Positions 29,427 through 40,025 of a stretch of DNA of 64,000 nt are shown piece after piece. Below the pieces are notes generated by a model. The model was not told the DNA's origin. It did not search any database and worked only from the letters and a program-made list of their open reading frames with translations. Within the stretch, counting starts at the first letter, position 1, and each line of letters opens with the position of its first letter. Source of the stretch: an uncultured Methanosarcinales archaeon (GTDB lineage: Archaea > Nanobdellota > Nanobdellia > Woesearchaeales > JACPBV01); contig CAZTWQ010000002.1 in assembly GCA_964618315.1 (NCBI GenBank), positions 22,980 through 86,979 of the forward strand, given 5' to 3'. The position numbers were made by a program, and so were the translations under genes.

Positions 29427-30689
29427 CTAAAACAAAAATTCTTCTTTCAATATCATTGTCTGAGATCTTTTAGGTCCTGTAGATAGGATAGAGATAGGAA
29501 TTCCTGTAAGTTCTTCTAATCTCTTTGCATATTTCTTTGCATTTTCAGGAAGATCTTCAAAGTTAGTTATACCTGAGATATCACAGCACCATCCATCCAT
29601 CTCTTCATAGACTGGTTTTGCTTTTTCTAATCTTTCCAGATCAGTAGGGTAGTTCTCTGTCTTTTCTCCATCAATCTCATAATGGGTACATAGCTTGATC
29701 TTTTTCAGGTCTGAGAAACAGTCTAGTTTTGTGACAGCCATAGAACTTAAGCCATTGATCCTTACAGAATATCTTGTTATGACTGAATCAAACCAGCCTG
29801 TTCTTCTTGCTCTCCCTGTTGTGGTCCCATATTCTGCCCCTCTTTTTCTTAATGCCTTTCCAGTACAATATTCATCTCCGCTATTTGCATTATTTATATC
29901 TTCTTCTGTTAGTTCATCATCTTTATTTTCATTCATTGTCTGTTCATCAGTCCCTTGTTCTGTTGTGAATGGACCTCTCCCTACTCTTGTAGTATATGCT
30001 TTTATTATACCTATAACATTAGTTATCTTTGTAGGTCCTATACCTAATCCAGTACAAGCACCACCTGATGTTGGGTTAGATGATGTTACAAATGGATAAG
30101 TTCCATGATCTATATCTAATAAAGTACCTTGTGCACCCTCTACCAATACATTTTTGTCAGACTCTATAGCTTCATTGACTATAACATATGTATCTTTAAC
30201 AATTGGTTTTAGCCTTTTCGCTGCCTCATTATCCTGTTTGATAAAATCAGACATCCTTAGGCCTGTTCTTTCTATCTTAGCCATGTAACAAGGACCTATT
30301 CCTCTTCCAGTTGTCCCCACTTTACCGCCTGTTTTTTTGTCAAGCTCAACTTGTTCTTCTGTAATAACATGTGCTGATGAACTTAGTAATAGATTCTTCT
30401 CAGTTATCGAGTATCCTCTTTTTTCAAGATCTTCAATCTCCTCAATAATCTTTGGAGGATAGATAACCATGCCATTTCCACATAGGTTTAATTTTTCTTT
30501 ATGAACAATCCCAGAAGGAATTAAATTAAATTTGAATGTTTCATCTCCAACTACAACTGTATGACCTGCATTATTTCCGCCAGTTGCTCTTGCAACAATA
30601 TCAGCTTTTTCTGTCAAGAAATCAACAACTTTTCCTTTGCCCTCATCGCCCCATTGACCACCCACAATTACTATAACTTTGCCCATCAT
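29427..30689 (-). CDS. purA: adenylosuccinate synthase
   Basis: GGQWGDEGKGK P-loop and GTTGRGIGPCY motif. The ATG at 30689 follows a GAGGTG Shine-Dalgarno site. The track's TTG start at 30701 lies at that site. Confidence 0.9.
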   Translation of the reverse strand: MMGKVIVIVGGQWGDEGKGKVVDFLTEKADIVARATGGNNAGHTVVVGDETFKFNLIPSGIVHKEKLNLCGNGMVIYPPKIIEEIEDLEKRGYSITEKNLLLSSSAHVITEEQVELDKKTGGKVGTTGRGIGPCYMAKIERTGLRMSDFIKQDNEAAKRLKPIVKDTYVIVNEAIESDKNVLVEGAQGTLLDIDHGTYPFVTSSNPTSGGACTGLGIGPTKITNVIGIIKAYTTRVGRGPFTTEQGTDEQTMNENKDDELTEEDINNANSGDEYCTGKALRKRGAEYGTTTGRARRTGWFDSVITRYSVRINGLSSMAVTKLDCFSDLKKIKLCTHYEIDGEKTENYPTDLERLEKAKPVYEEMDGWCCDISGITNFEDLPENAKKYAKRLEELTGIPISILSTGPKRSQTMILKEEFLF

Positions 30690-31070
30690 TAAACACCTCA
30701 ATAAAAAAGAAATATATATAATATATAAAATCTTCTATTTTATAATAGTCGTGAAAAGTAGGCATTATTGATTTTAAACAAGTTCAATTCTACCCAGTTC
30801 CCCCTGTGTTAAAGTTCTCATCTTCATCATCTGGATCTGCTTTTGTCAGGAAATACAACACAGTATTGACTATCCATAGTGCTATCTTTTTTATAGGTGA
30901 TATGATCAGGTTTGTTGGTTTTCTTATTGTTCTTATCATTTTACTACATTCAATTTAGTCTGTTTACTACTTAATCCTATTTAGATTCTATATTAATTAT
31001 TTAAACATTATCTCCCCCTTAGGGGGTTGAGATAGAAAGATTTTTATATTAGTTTAAGTTATTAAAGTAT

Positions 31071-32240
31071 ATGGAAAATAAATTACTAGAAGAAATAGGC
31101 TTAACAAAAGGTGAGATATCTGTTTACTTTGCGTTATTAGAACTAGGGAGCTGCACAGTAGGACCTATAGTAGACAAGGCTAAAGTCAGCTCTTCCAAAG
31201 TATATAATATCCTTGAGAGGCTTACCCATAAAGGACTCGTTAGTTTTGTCATAAAAGAAAATACAAAATATTTTGAGGCCTCCCCCCCAGAACAGATCCT
31301 GGATTATCTTAAAGAACGAGAAGAGAGTATAAGTGAACAAAAAAGAAAGATCAAAGACATCCTCCCTGAACTTGAGCTTAAAAGGAAACTGTCAAAGTAT
31401 AAGAATGAAGCTACTGTGTTTAAAGGATTAAAAGGGGCAAAAACTGCTTTTGATGATGTTCTTAAATCCCTAAAAAAAGGAGAAGAATATCATGTATTGG
31501 GCTTTACCGATGTTTCTGGTTCGCTTCTTGCATTTCTCAAGAACTTTCACAGGCAAAGATCAAAAAAAGGCATCAAAGTAAAACTATTATTTTCAGAACA
31601 AGGAAAAGAATATGCTGAAACAATAAAAAGCATCCCCTCTACAGAGATAAAATTTGCTCCAAGCCAATTATTAAGTTCTTCTTTTGTATTGATGTACAAT
31701 GATAAAGTCTTGATTACAGTTGCTACTAAAGACAATCTGACCTTATTTAAGATAGAGAACAAAGAAGTAGCTGATTCATTTAGATCACAGTTTAAGTTAA
31801 TCTGGAACCAAGATACTATTGTTAATAAGGGGTTTAAAGCAATGAGTGATGCTTTGTATAATATTATCAATACAGTTGATCCTAAAAAAGGTTATTCTGC
31901 TTTAAATGCTTGTTGGGGTACTGAGCCATACAGGCAGAAATACATTGATTTTTTTAAGAAATACCATAAAGAGAGAATGAGATTAAAGGTTAATGCAAAG
32001 TTACTATTTAATCCTGGAATTCGATATATCCTTGAAGATAATAAAAGCAATTATGAAAAATATCTCCAATACAAAGTAATGCCTTATAAACCAGAATCTC
32101 CTGTTGAGGTTTTTACTACAGAAGATAAAGCTATACTCATTATACAAGAAAAAGAACCAATAGTTATAACAATCAATAATAAAGAAGTTTCAAAATCTTT
32201 TAAGACTAACTTTGAGGCATTGTGGAGCATATCTAAGTAA
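31071..32240 (+). CDS. TrmB-family transcriptional regulator with large C-terminal domain
   Basis: N-terminal wHTH LGLTKGEISVYFALLELGSCTVGPIVDKAKVSSSKVYNILERLTHKGLV. It ends 12 bp before the argF operator module. Confidence 0.7.
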   Translation: MENKLLEEIGLTKGEISVYFALLELGSCTVGPIVDKAKVSSSKVYNILERLTHKGLVSFVIKENTKYFEASPPEQILDYLKEREESISEQKRKIKDILPELELKRKLSKYKNEATVFKGLKGAKTAFDDVLKSLKKGEEYHVLGFTDVSGSLLAFLKNFHRQRSKKGIKVKLLFSEQGKEYAETIKSIPSTEIKFAPSQLLSSSFVLMYNDKVLITVATKDNLTLFKIENKEVADSFRSQFKLIWNQDTIVNKGFKAMSDALYNIINTVDPKKGYSALNACWGTEPYRQKYIDFFKKYHKERMRLKVNAKLLFNPGIRYILEDNKSNYEKYLQYKVMPYKPESPVEVFTTEDKAILIIQEKEPIVITINNKEVSKSFKTNFEALWSISK

Positions 32241-32252
32241 TATTATCATGAT

Positions 32253-32310
32253 GTCCAATATTAGACATTTATGTTTATATTGTTTTATTTAAGTCAATAA
32301 CTTTATAAAT
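32253..32310 (+). promoter_or_regulatory. arg promoter/operator module 1 (upstream of argF)
   Basis: GTCCAATATTAGAC-ATTTAT-GTTTATATTGTT...GTCAATAACTTTATAAAT. It has the same architecture as the modules at 35241 and 46400. Confidence 0.6.
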
Positions 32311-32377
32311 GGATTGTATTGAATAGGTAGATATTAAGCCTGTAATTTAACAAGCTTTGATTTAACAGAGAGAAAAA

Positions 32378-33235
32378 ATGAACTTACTAGCATTAAATGA
32401 TTTGTCTGGAAAGGAAATAATAGATCTAATAGATGATGCTCTTTTAATCAAAGAAGATCCTGATAAATATTTTAATGTGTTGAAAGGAAAGACAATGGCT
32501 ATGCTATTTGAGAAAACTTCAACAAGAACCAGGATTAGTTTTGAAGTGGGTATGGCACAATTAGGGGGGCATGCTTTGTTTCTCGATTGGAAAAGTACTC
32601 AGTTAGGCAAAGCAAATCTTAAAGATGAGATCCAATGTATAGGAAGATACGTTGATCTAATCATGGCTCGTGTATATGATCATAAAGATATAGAAACTAT
32701 GGCTAAATATGGCGGAAAGCCAGTCATCAATGCTTTGAGTGACCTTTACCATCCATGTCAGATATTGGCAGACCTTATGACAATAAAGGAAAAGTTAGGA
32801 AAACTTAAAGGCATGAAATTAGCTTATGTTGGCGATGGAAATAATGTTTGTAATTCATTGATAATTGGATGTAAAAAAGTTGGTATGACAATTAATGTCG
32901 CTTGTCCAAAAGGTTATGAACCTACGGAAAAACCAGACATGTTGACCACTGATATTGAGAAAGCTGTTAAGGGTGTTGATGTTATATATACAGATACATG
33001 GGTATCCATGGGACAGGAAGCTGAGAAGAAAAAAAGATTAAAAGTATTTCCACCATATCAAGTAAACAATAAGATCTTAGGAAAAGCATTATTCATGCAT
33101 TGCCTGCCTGCATACAGGGGTTATGAAGTTACAGATGATGTTATTGATTCAAAACAAAGCATTGTTTTTGATCAAGCTGAAAATAGGCTGCATGCTCAAA
33201 AAGCAGTTATATTGAAACTGATGGGTAAAATTTAA
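32378..33235 (+). CDS. argF: ornithine carbamoyltransferase
   Basis: STRTR, HPCQ, DTWVSMG, and HCLPA motifs. Confidence 0.9.
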   Translation: MNLLALNDLSGKEIIDLIDDALLIKEDPDKYFNVLKGKTMAMLFEKTSTRTRISFEVGMAQLGGHALFLDWKSTQLGKANLKDEIQCIGRYVDLIMARVYDHKDIETMAKYGGKPVINALSDLYHPCQILADLMTIKEKLGKLKGMKLAYVGDGNNVCNSLIIGCKKVGMTINVACPKGYEPTEKPDMLTTDIEKAVKGVDVIYTDTWVSMGQEAEKKKRLKVFPPYQVNNKILGKALFMHCLPAYRGYEVTDDVIDSKQSIVFDQAENRLHAQKAVILKLMGKI

Positions 33236-33253
33236 TTTTAAGGGGTGTATCAG

Positions 33254-34414
33254 ATGAAATTACTACAAAAGAATGTTTGTTCAGTATATGGAATCAAGGC
33301 TTTGGGTAAGCATATCGGTGTAAAAAAAGGAAAAAAAGATTTTGCTATCATATATTCTAAGAAACTTTGCAGTGCAGCAGCTGTTTACAGCCAGAATAAG
33401 ATAAAAGCGCCTGCGATAGAAATTACAAAAGACCACCTTAAAAATGGCAAGGCCCAGGCTATTGTCGTCATTTCTGGAAATGCAAATGTGGCTACTGGAA
33501 AGACTGGGCTTAATGATGCTGATAAGATCTGTAAATTAGTTGCAGAAGAGATTAATGTAAAGCCAAAAGACGTTCTTATCGCAAGTACAGGCATAATAGG
33601 CAAGAGGCTTCCGATGGATATCATAACAAGAGGTATAGTGGGTTCTAAAAAACAACTTCAGAAAGTAAATATGGTTGCAGAATCTTTGCTTACTACAGAT
33701 ACTGTAAAAAAAGAGATCGCTTTACAGGTTGATGGTTTTAAGATCGGAGCCATAGCTAAAGGTTCTGGGATGATACATCCTAATATGGCTACAATGCTTT
33801 GTTTTATCACAACAGATGCAGATATATCTTCTGATAACATTAAAAAATATCTAACTGAGGCTGTTGATGATAGTTTTAACATGCTTTCAGTTGACATGGA
33901 TACATCTACATCAGATATGGTGATGATAATGAGCACCAACAAGAAGAAAGTAAAGAAGACCCATTTTAAAGAAGCACTAAATCATGTCTGCCATGATATG
34001 GCTAAACGTATAGCTGCTGATGGAGAAGGGGCTACTAAGATGTTAGAAGTCACTGTAAAAGGTGCAACTACAAAAGAGTCTGCTAAGAAGATAGCTAAGA
34101 ACATAATTTCTTCTAACCTTGTCAAGTGCGCTATGTTTGGAAATGATCCAAATTGGGGCAGGATAATTGCAGCTGTTGGCAATTCAGATGTTGTCTTTAA
34201 GGAAGATAAGATTAGTATATTTCTTCAGAATGAAGCCATAGTCAAAGGCGGCAAAGAAGTTCCTAATTTTGATGGACATAAGATATCCAATCTGTTAAAA
34301 GGCAAAGAAGTCAGCATAGTCGTAAATCTAAATCAGGGAAAGGAGAAAGCGACTGCTTATGGATGTGACATGGGTTATAATTATATTCATATAAATGCAC
34401 AATATGGTCATTAA
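33254..34414 (+). CDS. argJ: bifunctional ornithine acetyltransferase / N-acetylglutamate synthase
   Basis: ATMLCFITTDA autoprocessing site. The ATG at 33254 follows AAGGGGTG. The track's GTG start at 33245 lies in the Shine-Dalgarno site. Confidence 0.9.
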   Translation: MKLLQKNVCSVYGIKALGKHIGVKKGKKDFAIIYSKKLCSAAAVYSQNKIKAPAIEITKDHLKNGKAQAIVVISGNANVATGKTGLNDADKICKLVAEEINVKPKDVLIASTGIIGKRLPMDIITRGIVGSKKQLQKVNMVAESLLTTDTVKKEIALQVDGFKIGAIAKGSGMIHPNMATMLCFITTDADISSDNIKKYLTEAVDDSFNMLSVDMDTSTSDMVMIMSTNKKKVKKTHFKEALNHVCHDMAKRIAADGEGATKMLEVTVKGATTKESAKKIAKNIISSNLVKCAMFGNDPNWGRIIAAVGNSDVVFKEDKISIFLQNEAIVKGGKEVPNFDGHKISNLLKGKEVSIVVNLNQGKEKATAYGCDMGYNYIHINAQYGH

Positions 34415-34416
34415 AA

Positions 34417-35241
34417 ATGGATAAGATATACAAGAAAGCGGAAGTGTTGATCGAAGCATTGCCCTATATCCAGGAATATTCTGGAAAGATTTTTGTTATA
34501 AAGTATGGCGGTAATGTGATGGTTGATGATGATACAAAAAAATCCATCATAGGTGATATAGCTTTGCTTCGTCATGTTGGGATCTTGCCTATAATTGTCC
34601 ATGGTGGCGGACCTGATATAAACAAGGAAGCTCAAAAAGAGCATATCATTCCTAAATTTATCAAAGGTTTAAGGTATACAGATGAAAAAACAATGAAGAT
34701 TGTCAAAAGAGTTACTGGTGATATAAGCAAAGAGATCATAGATATGCTTAAAGATGAGAAATGCAAGGCAATTAATGTAACTTCTGGATTGATAAAGTCT
34801 AAAGTTCGTAGTAAAGAATTAGGATTAGTCGGAGATGTTGTAAGCATAAATGAAAAGAAAATATTGGCTAAACTAAAGAAAGGAATTATTCCAATCATAA
34901 GTCCATTGGGTTATGATGGTAAAAACTTTAACAATATAAATGCAGATACTGTCGCAACTAAAATAGCAGAATCTGTTAAGGCAGAAAAACTGACTATATT
35001 GACCAATGTTGAAGGTGTTTATGAAGAAGGTAACCTTATCAGCCACCTAAGTATAGATGATGTCAAGAAAGGAATTAAGAAAGGCATAATCAGCCGTGGA
35101 ATGATACCTAAGGTTAAGGCTTGTGTCCATGCTATCAACAAAGGAGTTAAAAAAGTTCATCTTATAGATGGATTGCATAAACATGGTTTGTTATTAGAGA
35201 TATTTACTGATACTGGTATTGGTACTGAGATTGTTAAATAG
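34417..35241 (+). CDS. argB: acetylglutamate kinase
   Basis: VIKYGGN and HGGGP motifs, 274 aa. Confidence 0.9.
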   Translation: MDKIYKKAEVLIEALPYIQEYSGKIFVIKYGGNVMVDDDTKKSIIGDIALLRHVGILPIIVHGGGPDINKEAQKEHIIPKFIKGLRYTDEKTMKIVKRVTGDISKEIIDMLKDEKCKAINVTSGLIKSKVRSKELGLVGDVVSINEKKILAKLKKGIIPIISPLGYDGKNFNNINADTVATKIAESVKAEKLTILTNVEGVYEEGNLISHLSIDDVKKGIKKGIISRGMIPKVKACVHAINKGVKKVHLIDGLHKHGLLLEIFTDTGIGTEIVK

Positions 35242-35298
35242 TCTAGTATTGGACATTAATGTCTAATCTGTCTATTTCTAGTCAATAACTTTATAAAT
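35241..35298 (+). promoter_or_regulatory. arg promoter/operator module 2 (upstream of argD)
   Basis: GTCTAGTATTGGAC-ATTAAT-GTCTAATCTGTC...GTCAATAACTTTATAAAT. The 14-bp box is the exact reverse complement of the box in module 3. Confidence 0.6.
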
Positions 35299-35358
35299 TA
35301 AAGTGTTTAACTTATCAGTTAGTAGGTTATAATTTTGTATATTGTTTAACTTGATAAA

Positions 35359-36516
35359 ATGGATTCAAAAAAAATAAAAGAAAATGAGAAAAAACATGTA
35401 ATGCAGACTTATGGTAGGTTTGACATCATAGTTGATCATGGTAAAGGCTGCTATGTCTATTCAAAAGAAGGAAAAGAATATCTTGATTTTCTTGGAGGGA
35501 TAGCTTGTTGTTCAGTTGGACATTCTAATAAGAAAGTTACTGATGCAATCTCAGATCAGGCTGGCAAATTACTTAATGTTACAAATTATTACTATACAGA
35601 ACCACAAGTTGAACTAGCTAAGAAGTTAAGCGAACTATCTGGACTAAAGAAATGTTTTTTTGCTAACTCAGGTACAGAAGCAAATGAAGCTGCAATTAAG
35701 TTAGCTAAGAAAATAACAGGCAAAAAGAAATTTATTGCTTTTAATCATTGTTTTCATGGCAGGACTACTGGAAGTTTATCAGCTACATGGAAAGAGAAAT
35801 ACAAGAAACCTTTTGCTCCATTAGTACCCGAGGTTAAATTTGTTCCTTATGATGATATTGATGCTTTGGAAAAAGAGATCAATAGTGATATCGCAGGGGT
35901 TATTATCGAACCTATCCAGGGCGAAGCAGGTATAATTGTTCCATCTGATTGTTATCTAAAAAAAGTTAAAGAACTTTGTTCTAAAAATAAAGTTTTGATG
36001 ATAGTTGATGAAGTTCAATCAGGAAATGGGAGGACGGGAAAGTATTTCGCTTATCAGCATTCTGGTATAAAACCAGATATTGTAACAACAGCTAAAGGAT
36101 TAGCTAATGGTGTTCCAATCGGAGTTTGTATATCTGACTATGATTTTGATAAAGGGGATCATGCTTCAACATTTGGTGGCAATAATTTAGCCTGTGCAGC
36201 TGCAAATGCAACAGTTGATTTCATTATTGATAATAATCTGATGGAGAATGCTGTTGATGTTGGAGAATATTTCATGTCAGAATTGAATAAGTTAAAGTCA
36301 AAACATCCAGTTATTAAAGAAGTTCGTGGCAAGGGATTGATGATAGCTGTTGAACTAAATAAAGATGAAGGCAAGAAGATTGTTGACAACTGTTTAGATG
36401 ATGGTATGTTAATAAATAATGCTGCTGAGAATATATTAAGGTTTTTGCCACCTTTGACTGTTACAAAGAAAGAAATTGATAAAGCGATTAGTATTTTGGA
36501 TAAGGTGTTATCATGA
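35359..36516 (+). CDS. argD: acetylornithine aminotransferase
   Basis: Class-III aminotransferase with GTEANEAA, DEVQSG, and the PLP Lys in TTAKGLANG. Confidence 0.9.
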   Translation: MDSKKIKENEKKHVMQTYGRFDIIVDHGKGCYVYSKEGKEYLDFLGGIACCSVGHSNKKVTDAISDQAGKLLNVTNYYYTEPQVELAKKLSELSGLKKCFFANSGTEANEAAIKLAKKITGKKKFIAFNHCFHGRTTGSLSATWKEKYKKPFAPLVPEVKFVPYDDIDALEKEINSDIAGVIIEPIQGEAGIIVPSDCYLKKVKELCSKNKVLMIVDEVQSGNGRTGKYFAYQHSGIKPDIVTTAKGLANGVPIGVCISDYDFDKGDHASTFGGNNLACAAANATVDFIIDNNLMENAVDVGEYFMSELNKLKSKHPVIKEVRGKGLMIAVELNKDEGKKIVDNCLDDGMLINNAAENILRFLPPLTVTKKEIDKAISILDKVLS

Positions 36517-37493
36517 AATCAGTTGGAATAATCGGAGCATCAGGATATACTGGATATGAATTGATTAAGTTACTTAAAGGGCACTCTAAAGTTTCTCTTA
36601 AAGTTCTGAACAGCAAAAGCTATGATGGTAAGAAAGTTTCAGAGCTTTATCCTGATTATTCTGGTGAAGAAGAATTTACTAATTATTCTATTGATGAGAT
36701 CAATAAGATGAAATTAGACTGTGTTTTTTTATGCATCCCACATACAACTGCTTTTGATATCGTTCCTAAACTGAAGTGCAAAAAGATAATAGACCTATCA
36801 GCTGACTACAGGTTTAAGAAAACATCTGATTACGAATCTGTTTATGATGTCAAGCATTTAGATGAATCTGGAAATAAGAAAGCAGTCTATGGGCTTCCTG
36901 AATTATTTAAAGAGAAAATCTCAAAAGCAAAGATAGTAGCTAACCCTGGTTGTTATCCCACTGTATGCTTACTAAGCGCCTTTCCGATTCAGAAATTGGC
37001 CAAAAATATCATCTTGGACTGTAAGACAGGATGGAGTGGTGCTGGGAAGAAATCTAAGTTTGCTAAAGACCATTCGACCATAAAAGAAAACATTATCGCT
37101 TATAATTTAGTTAGTCATCGACATAAACCTGAGATGGAACAGTTTTTGAAAGCAAAGATTAGTTTTACACCACATGTCATCGATGCTTTTCAGGGAATGA
37201 TGTGTACTGCTCATGTTATTTTAAAAAAACCAATAAAAAAAGAAGAGATTATTAAATTATTTGAAGACCAATACAAAGATGAATCATTTGTAAAGATAGT
37301 AAAGGATAAAATACCAGAAATAAAAGATGTTGCAGGAACAAACTATTGCCATATAGGCGGTTTTGAAATTGATGATAATAATCAATTAGTAATTGTTTCA
37401 GTGATTGATAATTTGTTAAAGGGTGCATCTGGACAAGCTGTTCAGAATATGAATTTGATGTTTAAGTTTGATGAAACGGAGGGTTTAAAATGA
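36513..37493 (+). CDS. argC: N-acetyl-gamma-glutamyl-phosphate reductase
   Basis: GASGYTG loop and NPGCYPT active-site Cys. It overlaps argD by 4 nt. Confidence 0.85.
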   Translation: MKSVGIIGASGYTGYELIKLLKGHSKVSLKVLNSKSYDGKKVSELYPDYSGEEEFTNYSIDEINKMKLDCVFLCIPHTTAFDIVPKLKCKKIIDLSADYRFKKTSDYESVYDVKHLDESGNKKAVYGLPELFKEKISKAKIVANPGCYPTVCLLSAFPIQKLAKNIILDCKTGWSGAGKKSKFAKDHSTIKENIIAYNLVSHRHKPEMEQFLKAKISFTPHVIDAFQGMMCTAHVILKKPIKKEEIIKLFEDQYKDESFVKIVKDKIPEIKDVAGTNYCHIGGFEIDDNNQLVIVSVIDNLLKGASGQAVQNMNLMFKFDETEGLK

Positions 37494-38710
37494 AAGAAAA
37501 AGTTATATTAGCATACTCAGGTGGTTTAGATACATCTATAATATTAAAATGGTTGATAGACAAAGGCTATGATGTAGTCTGTTATATAGCAGACGTAGGC
37601 CAAGACGATGATTTTAAGGCTGCTGAAAAAAAGGCTATTGATCTGGGTGCTTCTAAAGTCTATATTGAGGATCTGAAAAAAGAATTTATCACTGATTTTG
37701 TCTATCCTGCTTTAAAGGGTAATGCTATCTATGAAGGTAAGTACCTGTTAGGTACTGCTTTAGCTCGTCCTTTAATTGCCAAAAACCATATTGAGATTGC
37801 TAAGAAAGAGAAGACAAATATCGTTGCTCATGGCGCTACTGGAAAAGGAAATGACCAAGTGAGGTTTGAGATGACATATTACACATTGATGCCTAATGTA
37901 AAGATAATTTCACCATGGAAAGATCCATCATTCTTAGATGAATTTAAAGGTAGAAGTGATATGATAGATTATGCTAAGAAAAAAGGAATACCTATTCCAG
38001 TAAGTAAGAAAGCCCCATATAGTTCTGACCCTAATATCATGCATATAAGCTATGAAGCAGGTGTATTAGAAGATCCCATGTATACACTGCCCGAAGAAGC
38101 TTTTCAGATGACAAAATCACCTAAAGAGGCTCCTGATAAAGAAACTTCTATCATGATCGAATTCAAAAAAGGAATTCCAGTTAAGGTTGAGAATAAAAAT
38201 GCAAATGTTGTTGAGACAGAACCACTTAAACTGTATTCTTATCTTAACAAGATTGCAGGTGAGAATGGCATAGGCCGTATAGATCTTGTTGAAGACAGAT
38301 TTGTAGGCATGAAAAGCCGTGGAGTGTATGAAACTCCAGCTGGAACTATACTTCGTGCTGCCCATCTTGATATAGAAGGTATGACAATGGATAGGGAAGT
38401 TATGGTTATCCGGGATAGTTTAATCCCTAAGTTTTCACAGTTGATTTATTTCGGATTCTGGTATGCTCCTGAGATGGAACTGCTTATGAGCTTAATAGAC
38501 AAATCCCAGGAGAATGTCAACGGAAAAGTCTATCTGAAACTGTATAAAGGGAATGTAAATGTTGTAGGCAGAGAAAGCTCCAGTTCGCTTTATGATGAGA
38601 AGATAGCATCAATGGATGAACTAGGCGGATATGACCAGACAGATGCCATAGGCTTTATCAAATTGAATGCTCTTAGGTTAAAAGCCTGGGCAAAAAGGAA
38701 GAAGATCTAA
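37490..38710 (+). CDS. argG: argininosuccinate synthase
   Basis: AYSGGLDTS and [13 protein letters not shown] motifs. Confidence 0.95.
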   Translation: MKEKVILAYSGGLDTSIILKWLIDKGYDVVCYIADVGQDDDFKAAEKKAIDLGASKVYIEDLKKEFITDFVYPALKGNAIYEGKYLLGTALARPLIAKNHIEIAKKEKTNIVAHGATGKGNDQVRFEMTYYTLMPNVKIISPWKDPSFLDEFKGRSDMIDYAKKKGIPIPVSKKAPYSSDPNIMHISYEAGVLEDPMYTLPEEAFQMTKSPKEAPDKETSIMIEFKKGIPVKVENKNANVVETEPLKLYSYLNKIAGENGIGRIDLVEDRFVGMKSRGVYETPAGTILRAAHLDIEGMTMDREVMVIRDSLIPKFSQLIYFGFWYAPEMELLMSLIDKSQENVNGKVYLKLYKGNVNVVGRESSSSLYDEKIASMDELGGYDQTDAIGFIKLNALRLKAWAKRKKI

Positions 38711-38712
38711 AG

Positions 38713-39162
38713 ATGAAAGCATTAGTCGCTTATTATTCAAGAACAGGAAATTCTAAAAAAATAGCCTTAGAGATAGCTAAGAAGCTAAATGCTGACATAG
38801 ATGAGATCAAAGACAAGAAGAAAAAAGGGATATTTGGTATGGTATGGTCATGCAGGCAGGCTATCAAAAGAAAATCCTCTTTGATTGATTATTCTAAGGA
38901 TGCTTCTGATTATGATCTTGTAGTTCTTGGAGGACCTGTATGGGCATTTAACCTTCTTCCACAACTCAGAAAATACCTTGAAGAGAATAAGATCAAAAAG
39001 CTGGGTTTTTTCCTGACTTATGGGGGCAATCCTGGAAAAAGCTTTGAACAGGCTGATAATCTGAAAAAGACAATAGCTACAGCAGGTTTTATAGATAAAG
39101 ATATTAGGGCTGGAAAGTATAAAGATAATTTGAATAAGTTTGTTAAAGAATTGAGTTTTTGA
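38713..39162 (+). CDS. flavodoxin-like protein
   Basis: MKALVAYYSRTGNSKK N-terminus, 149 aa, 2 nt after argG. Confidence 0.55.
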   Translation: MKALVAYYSRTGNSKKIALEIAKKLNADIDEIKDKKKKGIFGMVWSCRQAIKRKSSLIDYSKDASDYDLVVLGGPVWAFNLLPQLRKYLEENKIKKLGFFLTYGGNPGKSFEQADNLKKTIATAGFIDKDIRAGKYKDNLNKFVKELSF

Positions 39163-39172
39163 TATTCTTATA
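39055..39172 (+). repeat. 118-bp direct repeat, copy A (3' end of flavodoxin-like gene plus 10 nt)
   Basis: Base-for-base identical to 39881-39998, checked by hand. Confidence 0.95.
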
Positions 39173-39272
39173 ATTCAAACTGACAGTTGGATGTTTGATT
39201 GAGTTGATAAATTTCTGGATAAGGCCAAAAAACAAAAGAAATTTAAATAAATTACCATTCTTGAATAGTAGA

Positions 39273-39836
39273 ATGTCCTATGCACTTTATGATGAAACCC
39301 AAGCAGCTTTAAAAGCTATGAATCTACCCTTTCGTGGACCAATAGGACTCCGACAAAGGTGTGATAGTATACCAGGTAGTGTTTTAGTGGCTGCACTTGT
39401 AGATGAATATCTTGGTCCTTTTGTAAAGTCTGTTGGAGACTTAGTAATTGCAGAGGGACATTCATCATCTGCAGGACATGGAATCACCACATATGGAGGT
39501 AGTGGATCAGTTCAGATCGTTCTTAGTGATCTATATCATGGATATGTTTTTAGACAAGCAATTCAAGCGCATAAAGGTAGACGTGAACGGGCTGTTGGTG
39601 ATTTAGCTAATAGTAGTTTCGAAACCAATCCAGCTCAAATAATTAGAAGATATGGTCTTGATGCTAGTGGTAATGATCAGTTTAATAATCCATTTGGTGA
39701 TACATTTTATACAGTAGACTCAATCAAGGCAGCAATAAATCTGGCTGTTGAAAGACGTATAGCTGAGCTGGTAGCAGAAGACGATAAAGAACATCTGGGT
39801 GGTTTAGATCCTAATAAATACCTACTCCAAACTTAA
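39273..39836 (+). CDS. hypothetical protein (atypical composition) in the 708-bp insert
   Basis: 187 aa from the ATG at 39273, with a TATA-like AAATTTAAATAAATT about 25 nt upstream. The track's TTG start at 39195 adds a Lys-rich leader unlike the rest of the protein. Confidence 0.5.
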   Translation: MSYALYDETQAALKAMNLPFRGPIGLRQRCDSIPGSVLVAALVDEYLGPFVKSVGDLVIAEGHSSSAGHGITTYGGSGSVQIVLSDLYHGYVFRQAIQAHKGRRERAVGDLANSSFETNPAQIIRRYGLDASGNDQFNNPFGDTFYTVDSIKAAINLAVERRIAELVAEDDKEHLGGLDPNKYLLQT

Positions 39837-39880
39837 TAGCTCAATATTTAATCTATTGATCAAATAAATTCTATGATTAA

Positions 39881-39998
39881 GATAATCTGAAAAAGACAAT
39901 AGCTACAGCAGGTTTTATAGATAAAGATATTAGGGCTGGAAAGTATAAAGATAATTTGAATAAGTTTGTTAAAGAATTGAGTTTTTGATATTCTTATA
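39881..39998 (+). repeat. 118-bp direct repeat, copy B (orphan 3' gene fragment)
   Basis: Identical to 39055-39172. It encodes the last 35 codons of the flavodoxin-like gene with no upstream gene body. Confidence 0.95.
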
Positions 39999-40025
39999 TA
40001 ATAGAATAAAGAAATAATATTTAAT

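Noticed and set aside
30789-30938. A 49-codon minus-strand ORF (MIRTIRKPTNLIISPIKKIALWIVNTVLYFL...) in the purA-trmB intergenic gap.
   Set aside because: It is plausibly a small membrane protein. However, it is below the track threshold, has no clear Shine-Dalgarno site and has no recognisable family, so evidence is insufficient.
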